Of a stretch of 34,682 nt of DNA, positions 7,726 through 17,239 are shown one piece after another. This DNA comes from a virus. The number at the start of each line of letters is the position of its first letter. Within the stretch, counting starts at the first letter, position 1. The notes under the pieces were generated by a model that ran no database searches, was not told the origin of the DNA, and worked only from the letters and a program-made list of their open reading frames with translations. The DNA lies in UHGV virus genome UHGV-0105223; one strand, 5' to 3'. The position numbers and the translations under genes were made by a program.

Positions 7726-8135
7726 TTTACCTTCAACGCAGCAACATCTGACAACAGGGTCGTTATTTGCTGTGAATGTTCGTTTACCTTATTTGTATTG
7801 CTTTCCAGCTGCTGGGCTTTTTGCCCTATGGTTATAAATCCGGATAAAACAACTACAACCAAACCAACCACACAATTTTGTATAAATTTGCGGTTATTTT
7901 CCTGCTGCTGCTTGTTTTCTGCCAGCTGCTTTAAGATTTCTTCCTGTTTTTCTTGAATTACCGTTACCTTGTCGATAAAAGACAACTGCCCGTCTAACTG
8001 GTTTAAACCGCCAAAAAGCCGTGAGTGAGTGTCTGCACAGTTTTTGCACATTTCGTTGAATTTCGCTTCAAATTCGCTCAGTCGGTTGCTTAATGCTTTG
8101 TGCTCTTCGCTGCATTCGTGGCTTTGTTCTACCAT
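7716..8135 (-). CDS. Single-TM coiled-coil protein, holin/lysis-associated candidate
   Basis: Directly upstream of the endolysin; TM segment CVVGLVVVVLSGFITIG. Confidence 0.5.
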   Translation of the reverse strand: MVEQSHECSEEHKALSNRLSEFEAKFNEMCKNCADTHSRLFGGLNQLDGQLSFIDKVTVIQEKQEEILKQLAENKQQQENNRKFIQNCVVGLVVVVLSGFITIGQKAQQLESNTNKVNEHSQQITTLLSDVAALKVKCR

Positions 8136-8422
8136 TTGCCGCCCCTCATTTCTTTAACCGCTTTGCCTCTGCTGAAGTATTGCAGCTTTGATTTTACCCA
8201 GCTGCCGGCGGCATCTTTCAGATAAAACAGCTTTGTGTATAAATCTCCATAGTGGTATTCTTTAGTAATTGCCAACTTTTTGCCATTTACAAAACGTACT
8301 GTGTCCGTTACACGCTTAATCGCCGGTGACACATAGCGGGTTTGGTTTTGCACGTGCAGGCCGAACCCGACATTTTGCGGCCCCTTTTTTAATTTAAACT
8401 TATTCAACGGTTGTATCTTCAT
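8129..8422 (-). CDS. Hypothetical basic protein
   Basis: GAGG RBS; overlaps both neighbours. Confidence 0.7.
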   Translation of the reverse strand: MKIQPLNKFKLKKGPQNVGFGLHVQNQTRYVSPAIKRVTDTVRFVNGKKLAITKEYHYGDLYTKLFYLKDAAGSWVKSKLQYFSRGKAVKEMRGGKW

Positions 8423-9146
8423 CTGTCACCTCGTTGTTTTCTTCAATAGATTCTTCGGCTAAAGCCTCAGAATGACTGTCAGAGGTTGTTTCTTCGTCAT
8501 CCTGAGGAGGTGTAACACCCGAAGGTTCTTCTTCATGTTCTTCCTGTCCGCCCGCAGGTGCTATGTTTATATCCACAACCTCAGACGGATTCTGGTATTC
8601 AATATTTATTGCGTTAACTTCGTCTGCTGTTTCGCAGGTATCAATCTGTGCAAGGTATGTCGGAAAGTCTACTGTCCAGAGCTTTGCATTCATCTGGCTC
8701 ATTAGAGAGGTCAAAGTCTGACAGGCTGTCTTGTTCAGCAGTATGTTGACGTTTTCCTTTGTATTCCACGGCAACGTTTCTGATTCATCCAGCGCTTGAG
8801 CGTAAGCTGACAGTTTGATGTTGTTTGTGAGTGTGGCTTCGATGTGGTAAGTTTCAGAGCTTCGACTCATCATGTTTGTTGCGCTGACAGTGATGAGTGC
8901 ATCTTTGTTTTCAAAAGAATACGCTTTGTCTGTTGCCTCGTCGAGCTTTTTCTGCTTTGCTTCGGCAAGCTTGTCTTCATTGGATTTCATCGGGCATTTG
9001 TCTGACAAATACCACTTGCCGTCTATGTCTGATTGAGAGACGTCCTGCTCTTTCATGCCGATTGATTTGTAGAACTTACTGTTTGTACCGATTCCTACGT
9101 CACACAGGCCAGTTTGTTCGTTTATTACTTTTGCGTATTTAATCAT
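8400..9146 (-). CDS. Tail fibre-associated/assembly protein (DUF4376-like), acidic low-complexity C-terminus
   Basis: Follows the tail fibre gene; LAEAKQKKL...WNTKEN...AQIDTCETADEVNAINIEY pattern. Confidence 0.55.
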   Translation of the reverse strand: MIKYAKVINEQTGLCDVGIGTNSKFYKSIGMKEQDVSQSDIDGKWYLSDKCPMKSNEDKLAEAKQKKLDEATDKAYSFENKDALITVSATNMMSRSSETYHIEATLTNNIKLSAYAQALDESETLPWNTKENVNILLNKTACQTLTSLMSQMNAKLWTVDFPTYLAQIDTCETADEVNAINIEYQNPSEVVDINIAPAGGQEEHEEEPSGVTPPQDDEETTSDSHSEALAEESIEENNEVTDEDTTVE

Positions 9147-10365
9147 TGTTGCTTCCTTTCAATGGATATTGCTGATACTGCCATGGAGACCCATACAAAC
9201 CTTTAAAATACATTCCTTTGGGTATCCAGGCGTATAATGATCCTGCGATATTTGCATAACCGGAACCTAGGGATAGAGCTAACCAATTCACTTTGTCATA
9301 AGAAACATAAATGGTAGGCACACTATTAGATAAAGAAGTGCCAAATCCATATAAATAAGAGTCATATGCTGCAAGATATTCAATGTTGCTATTTCTTGTA
9401 ATACCCGCACTATAATCCGGCATACCCCAGCTTACAATTTCTGCCTTGTCGCTTCGTTTCAAAAGCTCTACTGGTTGGTATGGGATAAAAGATGTAACAA
9501 CACCGTTTTCAAGTTTACCTTGACCTAATTTTATAAAAGTTCTTTTTTCCCATGAAGATGAGCTTGAAATATAAAAATACATTTGATTTTCGGTTGTATT
9601 TAGATATATTGGATTCGCACCACTAAAATTAGTAGGAGCAACATCACTTTCTTGATAATTTTGTGAAATATAACTATAATTTATATTACATCCGAACATT
9701 AATTCAAAATCGAATGTTTGACCTGAATGAGGCGATAAATCTATAATAAAATCACTGTCAAGTGTTAATTCACCATTTTTTAATGTTTTATCTATATTAC
9801 GACCATTAGGGTATAACATTTTTAAGCCTTGTTTTAGTGTTATATTTGAACCACTAAACGTAGCCACCCCGTTAGGCGCTTCCAGAATACAATTTGTAAT
9901 TTGGGTTTTGTTGACAAAATGCTTCTCGCCCGTTGCGGTAAGGTTGGAGAGGTCAGTGTTAGCATTCGCACCGCTTAGCGTACCCTCTGAAATTGCGGTA
10001 ACCATACCTTGTGCATTGACTGTCACACTGGAAGGATAAGCATAGGTATCTGCGCTAACACCGCTTTCGGGTAAGTCTGTTATTTCAATATCAGGCAATT
10101 TGTCTTTAGGAATATCAGGTAAAACCGAAACAGGTAAAGTGCCCTCTGTTATATTTGAAGCATTGCCAAAATCGGTCACAAACAGCTTGCCATCTGTACC
10201 TTTTGTCAATGCGTTATTCTCGTTTGTTGAGGTTAAATCTGTTATAAAATCCGATATTTTTTCTTTCTTTAACCGGTTATGCTCTGAATCAGTTATTATC
10301 ATTATTTCATCGTCATTGTTCGACTGAGTTAAATCAGGCAATTGTCCTACAGGCTGTTTGTCCAT
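9139..10365 (-). CDS. Tail fibre / receptor-binding protein candidate
   Basis: SGVSADTY..SVTVNAQGMVT fibre repeat, ANTDLSNL motif, WGMPDYSAG C-terminal module; beta-rich. Confidence 0.7.
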   Translation of the reverse strand: MDKQPVGQLPDLTQSNNDDEIMIITDSEHNRLKKEKISDFITDLTSTNENNALTKGTDGKLFVTDFGNASNITEGTLPVSVLPDIPKDKLPDIEITDLPESGVSADTYAYPSSVTVNAQGMVTAISEGTLSGANANTDLSNLTATGEKHFVNKTQITNCILEAPNGVATFSGSNITLKQGLKMLYPNGRNIDKTLKNGELTLDSDFIIDLSPHSGQTFDFELMFGCNINYSYISQNYQESDVAPTNFSGANPIYLNTTENQMYFYISSSSSWEKRTFIKLGQGKLENGVVTSFIPYQPVELLKRSDKAEIVSWGMPDYSAGITRNSNIEYLAAYDSYLYGFGTSLSNSVPTIYVSYDKVNWLALSLGSGYANIAGSLYAWIPKGMYFKGLYGSPWQYQQYPLKGSNND

Positions 10366-10380
10366 TATTTTTTTCTCCTT

Positions 10381-10410
10381 AAAAAAGCCCCCTCAATAAA
10401 GAGAGGGCTT
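10381..10410 (-). terminator. Intrinsic terminator after the major capsid gene
   Basis: - strand AAGCCCTCTC-tttatt-GAGGGGGCTT followed by a T run. Confidence 0.8.
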
Positions 10411-10420
10411 AGAACTGTTA

Positions 10421-11398
10421 CTAAGTTGATGATTCCGGCGTAAGAACCGCAAACGGATATCTGGTTGAAGATGTTGCGTTTGCTCTTGTAATCGGATTTG
10501 CGATTTGTACGCCCAATCTCATTACGCAGCGCAAAGCAACCATATCCTGCTGAGCTAAGTTATAAGCGATTGTGCCGTCTGTGTTCTGTATAACGGCTTC
10601 TGTTAATACTTTATAAGTCATATCCTGACGTATAGAGTAGACTGCTTTTGTCCAGTCACCTGCAACCATCAAGGCTTCTGTTGTATCAAAAATGCCTTGA
10701 TTGTCATATTGTACAGGTCTGCCAAGGATTGTAGACGGTACGCCGGATGTCATTGACGGGATATATAAGAAACTGTTATCAGTTGTTCTTAAATCTCTCA
10801 ATTGAGCTTCAAAAGCACCGGCACCAAAGAAGCCGTTAACTCTATAGCCATCGGATTCCACTTTATCCATAAGACCGCCTACGCCGATAATATCGGATGC
10901 AAGGTCTTTGTTTGTTCCGACTTCAACTGTGTTACTTGCAGCTTTTGCACCCGGAATAATAGCAGTAGGCCATGAAGTCGGTTTGCCAGTTCCGTTCAAA
11001 ATAGCATTGTCAATCGCAATTCCGAACGCTTCTTCAATCTGTGGTCTTAACTCACCCCAGATGTCATAATCAGCGTCAGCGAGTACAGCTTCCGGAATTG
11101 GAACGATAACGGCCAGTTCTTCCGCAGTGAGAGTTAAGCCTTCCCATTCGGCTTGTGTAGTTGTTTTTTGTCCTGCGGTGTTTGTTGTTCCGTTTGCTTC
11201 GCCGTTAACAAATTGTGCAACCGGCAATGCTGACAATACAGGGATTGTGTACTGTTTTCTTGACATGTTCGGCAAGCGTCTCATCATCGGTAAAAGTCTG
11301 GATTGCTGCGGAACGTTTTGTATAATTTCTCTGGAATACTCTTCAGGAATCAGAGCTTCTGCATCTGTTCTTGATATCATTTTTGCATCTAATGCCAT
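10421..11398 (-). CDS. Major capsid protein (HK97 fold)
   Basis: ALIPEEYSREII, LTAEELAVIVPIPEAVLAD, AIDNAILNGTG, GDWTKAVYSIRQD, NLAQQDMVALR. Confidence 0.93.
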   Translation of the reverse strand: MALDAKMISRTDAEALIPEEYSREIIQNVPQQSRLLPMMRRLPNMSRKQYTIPVLSALPVAQFVNGEANGTTNTAGQKTTTQAEWEGLTLTAEELAVIVPIPEAVLADADYDIWGELRPQIEEAFGIAIDNAILNGTGKPTSWPTAIIPGAKAASNTVEVGTNKDLASDIIGVGGLMDKVESDGYRVNGFFGAGAFEAQLRDLRTTDNSFLYIPSMTSGVPSTILGRPVQYDNQGIFDTTEALMVAGDWTKAVYSIRQDMTYKVLTEAVIQNTDGTIAYNLAQQDMVALRCVMRLGVQIANPITRANATSSTRYPFAVLTPESST

Positions 11399-11410
11399 AA
11401 TTAAATCTCC

Positions 11411-11926
11411 TTATCTATTGAACGCACCCCTAATCAGTGCATTAACATCAGCGTGCGTTTTTGCTATTGTCTTATCTGTGGTCTGCGGAACTCCCCCCTT
11501 TTTCTCAAGCTCTTTTGTTTTGAAATCTTCAAGAGCTTTTTTTACGCTCTCGTCTGAACGTTCTTTAAGTAGAGCCGCAAACTTCTCAGCCTGTAATTTC
11601 GGCTCTTTTTCGTCCACGATTTCAATAAACTCATCAGGGTTTAGTCCGATTTCCTTAAATGCCTGCCGAAATGCTTCTTTACGCTCGTAAGCAGCAGTTT
11701 GCTCTTTAAAATAAGCAAGCTGTTCATCCGCTGTTTTGTTAGCCAAAGACGCCGCTTCAATTTCTTTTTGGTACTTAGAAATCGCCTTGTCTTTGCCTGC
11801 ACTCTCTTTTTTGAGTGCTTCAAGTTGTGCTTTCATTTCGTCAAGCTGTGTTTGTACGTCTGTGTCAGCTCCGCCGTTCTCTTGAACGTCAGCAGCTTGA
11901 ACACCGCCGTTTTCTGGTTGTGTCAT
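11411..11926 (-). CDS. Capsid scaffolding protein
   Basis: Acidic N-terminus plus coiled coil, immediately upstream of the MCP; GAGGAG RBS. Confidence 0.75.
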   Translation of the reverse strand: MTQPENGGVQAADVQENGGADTDVQTQLDEMKAQLEALKKESAGKDKAISKYQKEIEAASLANKTADEQLAYFKEQTAAYERKEAFRQAFKEIGLNPDEFIEIVDEKEPKLQAEKFAALLKERSDESVKKALEDFKTKELEKKGGVPQTTDKTIAKTHADVNALIRGAFNR

Positions 11927-11958
11927 AAATAAATCTCCTCTGTTATGTGTAAATACCC
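11915..11958. repeat. 44-bp perfect direct repeat, copy 1 (scaffold RBS and first codons)
   Basis: TGGTTGTGTCATAAATAAATCTCCTCTGTTATGTGTAAATACCC, identical at 12303-12346. Confidence 0.95.
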
Positions 11959-11993
11959 CTTTATTTATAGGGTTTTTGTGTTAAAATGAATTT

Positions 11994-12320
11994 ATGAATG
12001 AATTAGATTTAAAATCATTGGGCATAAATCATGAAATAGTTGAAGATATCTACTTTTTAAATTCTGTGTATAATATAGATTTAGAACCACTTTTGATTCG
12101 TTGGAAAAGTATTTATTGCTTTACAGAAAACGAAATACGTGAAATTCGGTATTTGTTTCCTTTTGCAAAAAATATTCAAAATTATAGTGAGTTTGAAAAT
12201 CAATTAATTTATGCACTAAATCAGAATAAAGAAACTATTTATTATACGGTTTGGAATATAAATAAAAAAATTTATAAAGTTTTATCTAATTTTCTAAGAA
12301 AATGGTTGTGTCATAAATAA
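11994..12320 (+). CDS. Counter-oriented AT-rich moron gene, unknown function
   Basis: Only credible + strand gene inside the late operon; TGTTAAAAT extended -10 box 6 nt before the ATG; flanked by the 44-bp repeats. Confidence 0.7.
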   Translation: MNELDLKSLGINHEIVEDIYFLNSVYNIDLEPLLIRWKSIYCFTENEIREIRYLFPFAKNIQNYSEFENQLIYALNQNKETIYYTVWNINKKIYKVLSNFLRKWLCHK

Positions 12321-12346
12321 ATCTCCTCTGTTATGTGTAAATACCC
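12303..12346. repeat. 44-bp perfect direct repeat, copy 2
   Basis: Identical to 11915-11958. Confidence 0.95.
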
Positions 12347-12357
12347 AATTCAGGGAA

Positions 12358-13206
12358 TTAATCTAAAAAAATCACCGCTGCGGTTTCACGGTCATTAATT
12401 ACCCATTGTTTTGGCTGCTCGCCTAACCTGTAATAAACCCCGTCAGGGTATTTAAACCGCCCTCTTTTGTCTGAAATCTGTCCGTGCATTGCTGCAGACT
12501 GCCAGCGTGTCCGGCTGTCTAAAACCGCATAGAGTTTTAAGCGTTTGTCATCTCGTTCAACGCCTTCAAAAATCTCATATTGCCTTATATGCGCCATTCG
12601 CATTGTTTCTGTGCGTGCAATTCTGTAGGTCTGGTAAATATGTCCGTTACGGTGTGAGAATTTGCCCTGAACAATAAGGGCTTTGGCTCTTTCGTTTATC
12701 CTGCCGTCTTTATTGCGAAAACCCATTATAATATCGATTTTCCGCTGTACTGCCTGAATACTAGAACCTGTTGCAAAGCTATCCGCAATAGCCTGTGTTA
12801 CTTGATTAGCCATTTTTGTACAGCGTTTCAAGATTGATTTTTCAGCAAGTATGCGGTTAGTTATTTTAAAAGGTTTTGTTTCGGGTAGAACCGCTACTAA
12901 TGCAGGCTCGAAACGCAATTTCTCACCCATTGTGTTTTCTGCAAAATTCGTTTCTATAATTCCTGCCTGATTGTAGTTTTCGATAATATCGGTCTTTAAT
13001 TGCAGAAACATTGAGTTATAGCGGTTTATGATGTATGTTTCAAGTGCCTGATAAAGTGCGTCATTTTCTTTTAAGTTCGCTAACTCATTGAAAACATAAT
13101 CCCTGACCGCCTGAAAATTATTTATACATTTAGCTTGAGCCTGTGCGATAAGCTCGTTATATTTCCGGCGTAAAGCCTCTATATCTCTATCAGACGGTTG
13201 TCTCAT
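12358..13206 (-). CDS. Minor head morphogenesis protein (MuF / SPP1 gp7-like)
   Basis: RIARTETMR, AVLDSRTR...MHGQ, INDRET motifs; downstream of the portal. Confidence 0.85.
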   Translation of the reverse strand: MRQPSDRDIEALRRKYNELIAQAQAKCINNFQAVRDYVFNELANLKENDALYQALETYIINRYNSMFLQLKTDIIENYNQAGIIETNFAENTMGEKLRFEPALVAVLPETKPFKITNRILAEKSILKRCTKMANQVTQAIADSFATGSSIQAVQRKIDIIMGFRNKDGRINERAKALIVQGKFSHRNGHIYQTYRIARTETMRMAHIRQYEIFEGVERDDKRLKLYAVLDSRTRWQSAAMHGQISDKRGRFKYPDGVYYRLGEQPKQWVINDRETAAVIFLD

Positions 13207-14482
13207 CTAACATCTCATAGCTTTCGTTTTCGGCTTCCTGTACAAGTTCATCCGCTTTCTGTTCGGTGTAGCCGGCTTTGATAAATATTTCTTTTTGCGG
13301 CAGTTTTCCGCCTGCTTGCAGCATATCTTTTAACCACGTCATTACGTCATTCGGGATATTACGTTTAAAATCATAGTTGATATCTTCAGTTGAATAATCA
13401 TTAACGCTTCTAACGTCTAACCCTGTCCAGTAGGATTTTAAGATTCTGTCGAGGTATTCAAGGGATATTTTCCATTCTGCTTCCGTGTCTTTGCAGTCCT
13501 CTTCCATATTCCGATACATTTGAGAAATCTGGAATGCTGTAGCGTTTGTTAGGCTTGCTAAGGCTTTCGGGTCAACGGATGAGGAGACAACCCATATCCC
13601 TGCCCACGTTTCGGACATAACAAATTTTATAAATTCAGGGTTAATGTCTTTTGTTAAAAATCTTGCGTCAGCGTCTGCACCGCCTGAAAATACTCCTGTT
13701 TTCGCCATTTGAGCTTTTGTATCATCATCTAAAAAGCCCATATTTTTGAGCAGTAAATAAGCGGCTCTGAATGTTGCACTCTCTGTTATGTTATCGGATA
13801 TTAAGCGGTCGTATGCGTCCATTAGAGGGACTGCAAGCTCTGAATTGCCTTGCTTGTTGTCGTTATTACACCATTCAATCAGCGGAATGCCTTTAAATCC
13901 GTGTTCTTTTGGCTCTGTGAGCGGAATATAAGAAGCCCCGCTTTTTGAAGCTATCCACTCGGTGACATATACGCCGTCATATTCCCAGACGTGCATTCTT
14001 TCATCTATCGGGTAATATACATAACCTTTTAGCGGCTCACCGTTGTCGTCATATTCAACTTTAGCCTGCCACGATTGAACCTGCTTTATTCTTACGTTGT
14101 TTGCTTCGTCAAGGTAGCATAATGAGTATGTGTTACCCCACCCAGAGCAGGAGAACATGAGCTTTTTAAGGAAACTCTTAAAATGATTCAAATTGTCAAA
14201 TTCTGAATACTTCTCTTTTACCTCATCGGGGATATTATCTGAATAAGTCCGTTGAATATCTCCTGCCAGATAGCCTGCTTTTGTTCTTTGAATTACCTGA
14301 AAATTATTATAACCTACTCTGATATTCGGGTCTGAATATGTGGTTTTTTGTCTTGCGTAAATCGGTATGCCATCCGCCATTAGCGGATTATGCCACTCAA
14401 AACAAGAAGCCGGTTTGTTTAATGACCTCAAATGAAGTCTGAATGTAATTTCATCTTTTTCAAGTAATTTTTTGTCTATCAT
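13190..14482 (-). CDS. Portal protein (SPP1 gp6-like)
   Basis: NNFQVI...AGYLAG, EHGFKGIPLIEWCNN, LMDAYDRLISD, AYLLLKN, ARFLTKDIN, FKRNIP. Confidence 0.9.
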   Translation of the reverse strand: MIDKKLLEKDEITFRLHLRSLNKPASCFEWHNPLMADGIPIYARQKTTYSDPNIRVGYNNFQVIQRTKAGYLAGDIQRTYSDNIPDEVKEKYSEFDNLNHFKSFLKKLMFSCSGWGNTYSLCYLDEANNVRIKQVQSWQAKVEYDDNGEPLKGYVYYPIDERMHVWEYDGVYVTEWIASKSGASYIPLTEPKEHGFKGIPLIEWCNNDNKQGNSELAVPLMDAYDRLISDNITESATFRAAYLLLKNMGFLDDDTKAQMAKTGVFSGGADADARFLTKDINPEFIKFVMSETWAGIWVVSSSVDPKALASLTNATAFQISQMYRNMEEDCKDTEAEWKISLEYLDRILKSYWTGLDVRSVNDYSTEDINYDFKRNIPNDVMTWLKDMLQAGGKLPQKEIFIKAGYTEQKADELVQEAENESYEMLDETTV

Positions 14483-14483
14483 T

Positions 14484-17222
14484 TTAATAATCCCTGCAAG
14501 TTATAGTCGCCGTGCAATCCTCGTTATATTTGATATCGGTTATAACGCAATCGTAGATTGTATCTTGACCTAACGTAAACAAATCGCCGTCATAGTGCCA
14601 TTTATCCTCTAATCCTTGAATTTCACCCGCACCTTTTATAACGCCTGAGTTGGCTATAGGGTCAATCTCCACGACATTGCTTAAACCTTCATTTGTAACG
14701 TCATAAATATTGATAACAGGCTCTTGTGCTTCATAATCCAGTGAGCGGATTATGATTTTAGCGTCTGTCGGGATTTCAATATCTGAATACAGTTCAAACC
14801 CTGTTATATTCCCGTTATCAGTTAAGACACGCTTAATAAGACCGGTGCTTTCGTTTTGCATATTTGAGCTATTTGAAACATAAACCCGGTCTAAAAGAGT
14901 CATATTCAAGGCTTCGAGGTTAACCGAAAACTCAAAGTTATTGCGTTTTGTCTGGGTGCATAAAAGCTCATAAGTGATTGATTTTATTACGCTTGCTCGG
15001 TCGGTAACGTATTTTAAATCTTTTTTTACAAGCAGATAATCAGAATCTGTCGTGCCTTCTTTTATCTCGTTATGTACTGCCCCATCATACCAGTAAACAG
15101 TGACTTCATCCTGTGTGTAATCTTCACTGTCGGTAAAACTGGCTCTTATGGCTTCTGTCTGCCTGCCCAGAGTCGGCGACCATGTGAAATCCCAAGAGTT
15201 ATGCTGATTGAACATCCCTTTCGGTGTTTTTTCGTTTCCGTCTATTGCAAAGGTGTGCTTGCCGTTTAAAAGCGGTATCATTGCTCCCTGACAATTTTTA
15301 AGGATTTCATTTACAACATCCATTGTCTTTGTGGCTTCTGATACTATCCCATCGGCTTTGTAGCCTTCCTGCTCGCACCAGTTGTAAAGCATGACAAGGC
15401 TGTCATTGTCGATTAAGTCAGGACTTATCGGGCGTGGGTTGGCAAGAGAATCAGTTAATAAATATCTGATAATAGCAGCCGGATTTTCGCTCTCTGTAAT
15501 CGTGTTCCAGTCTGCACCGTTCCATACGGGTATACGGGCCTCGCCGATATAGTTAAACTTTTTGATTGTACCGGACAAACCTTTGTACGCCGTAGCCTCA
15601 ACGGCTATCTGGTTAACGCTCGGCAAGATAGACTTGTCTAAGACGTCACCGTTGACGTAAAACTGGACTTCCGCACACCTCGGGTAGCCTATATCATAGT
15701 TGGATTTGTCCGCATAGTCTGCAGAACGGACACGCACCGTGTATTTGCCAGCACTCGGCAGAGTAAAGCCTATTGGTCTGAAAAACAACTGGTCGGCTAC
15801 GTTCATATCCGCCGGGCTTTTTACGGTCATATTTGCACCGTTCACCGTAGTCGTTGAACTGCTAAGCGGTTGTTTTACTCCGTTTATATCTCTTATGTAA
15901 AGCTGTGTGTTTTCGGTAAAAGGCACATATTCGCCGTCACCCTGCTTATACATAATTTCAACTACAACTGAACGGGAAGAACGTGAACCATCGTTATTTT
16001 GGTGAAATAATCCGGAAGGAAAACTGATTATTACGTCTACTTCTTGTGTATTTTCGGGACTTGTCAATACAACTTCTGATACAGTGCCTTTGTAGCGGTT
16101 AATTGAAAGATTTAGTGTTTGTTTTTTTGTAAATCCTTCTGCTGATACAGTTTCAGACACGTACAAAGCGTCTAATTCATTTGTTGATTCAGTCGAATTG
16201 CCTCTTGTGTCAGAAGTTGGCGCAAAGTTTGTATAGATAATTTCAGAAAAATTATCCTCTAACAAACCTCCCTTTTCGTATGTAATACTGCCGTTATAGG
16301 TATAAGTGCCGTCACTTTGGGCAGTAAGCATTGATGAGGTAATTGTAATATCGGTGGTTAAATCTTTTTGCCCATCCTGATTTACTCTTGTGAGCTGCCT
16401 GAAGGTCTTGTTTGCCCAGTTGTTTAAGTCAACATTGGAAAATTGCAGCGTGTAATTGATAGTAATATAATCGCTGTCAATCTGCTGATTGTAGTCATAA
16501 TGTGCGTTCTGGTTGACTGTCTCGTCAGGATTGTAAGATAATTCTTCATCGGCGTTTACGGCTTTGACGTTATCAAACCCGATAAAGTTTGATGTTCCGT
16601 AAGCAGTCAGGATATCCAGATAGTCAATAGAGTAGTCAGTTCTCGGGGTTTCTCCGAGTTTGAAATCGGAATAGACTACGTTGTTGTAATTAGCAACAAA
16701 ATACTGTCTGTATTTGTTCGTTGAAGCACCGTCAACGACCAGTCTGTACGGCTGCTGTCCATATGAAGGTGTTTGTTGTATTTTTCCAAACAAAACAGGA
16801 AGGCATCCGCTTGAGATATCATTGCTAGCCCCTCTAAGCTCTGGCTGCGTACTTGAGCTGTATTCTTTAGCCTGAGTTGTACCGCTATGACCGCCGCCTG
16901 AAAATATAGATATTGCACCTGCGGCAACTACACCTGCTGCCAAAGACAATGCCGCAATACCTGTAACAATAGCTGCTGTTGTTGAAAAAGCACCAGCACC
17001 AAGCGTAACTAATATAGTTGCGCCAATAATTTCAAATATGCCGTTTGGTCTTTCTATGACTTCTACAATATCACTGCTTTTGAGTATATGCCACGGTTTA
17101 AGCGGTTTACCGTTAATGTATGCATTTTTAAAGTTTCTAAAATGAAAAAAAGCAAAATGCCAGTCCCATTTATGAAAGCTTAACGTCTTTTTATCAAGAT
17201 TTCGTCTTATTACTCTTATCAT
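14484..17222 (-). CDS. Tail tip / host-specificity protein (lambda gpJ-like with a fused gpI-like N-terminus)
   Basis: LPVLFGK, VIISFPSGLF, GKYTVRVR, SENPAAIIRYLLT, WCEQEG...DGIV; follows NlpC/P60. Confidence 0.8.
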   Translation of the reverse strand: MIRVIRRNLDKKTLSFHKWDWHFAFFHFRNFKNAYINGKPLKPWHILKSSDIVEVIERPNGIFEIIGATILVTLGAGAFSTTAAIVTGIAALSLAAGVVAAGAISIFSGGGHSGTTQAKEYSSSTQPELRGASNDISSGCLPVLFGKIQQTPSYGQQPYRLVVDGASTNKYRQYFVANYNNVVYSDFKLGETPRTDYSIDYLDILTAYGTSNFIGFDNVKAVNADEELSYNPDETVNQNAHYDYNQQIDSDYITINYTLQFSNVDLNNWANKTFRQLTRVNQDGQKDLTTDITITSSMLTAQSDGTYTYNGSITYEKGGLLEDNFSEIIYTNFAPTSDTRGNSTESTNELDALYVSETVSAEGFTKKQTLNLSINRYKGTVSEVVLTSPENTQEVDVIISFPSGLFHQNNDGSRSSRSVVVEIMYKQGDGEYVPFTENTQLYIRDINGVKQPLSSSTTTVNGANMTVKSPADMNVADQLFFRPIGFTLPSAGKYTVRVRSADYADKSNYDIGYPRCAEVQFYVNGDVLDKSILPSVNQIAVEATAYKGLSGTIKKFNYIGEARIPVWNGADWNTITESENPAAIIRYLLTDSLANPRPISPDLIDNDSLVMLYNWCEQEGYKADGIVSEATKTMDVVNEILKNCQGAMIPLLNGKHTFAIDGNEKTPKGMFNQHNSWDFTWSPTLGRQTEAIRASFTDSEDYTQDEVTVYWYDGAVHNEIKEGTTDSDYLLVKKDLKYVTDRASVIKSITYELLCTQTKRNNFEFSVNLEALNMTLLDRVYVSNSSNMQNESTGLIKRVLTDNGNITGFELYSDIEIPTDAKIIIRSLDYEAQEPVINIYDVTNEGLSNVVEIDPIANSGVIKGAGEIQGLEDKWHYDGDLFTLGQDTIYDCVITDIKYNEDCTATITCRDY

Positions 17223-17239
17223 TTTAAAGCCAAAATATT

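Noticed and set aside
9139..10365. Diversity-generating retroelement or shufflon acting on the tail fibre
   Set aside because: No reverse transcriptase, no adenine-variant template repeat, and no invertase or inverted cassettes were seen.
11127..11690. 187-aa + strand ORF and other antisense or shifted ORFs in the track (e.g. 2068..2463, 6890..7264, 24794..25168, 28034..28411, 31779..32093)
   Set aside because: They shadow well-supported genes and have no RBS or recognisable motifs, unlike the nested HNH at 26134..26661.
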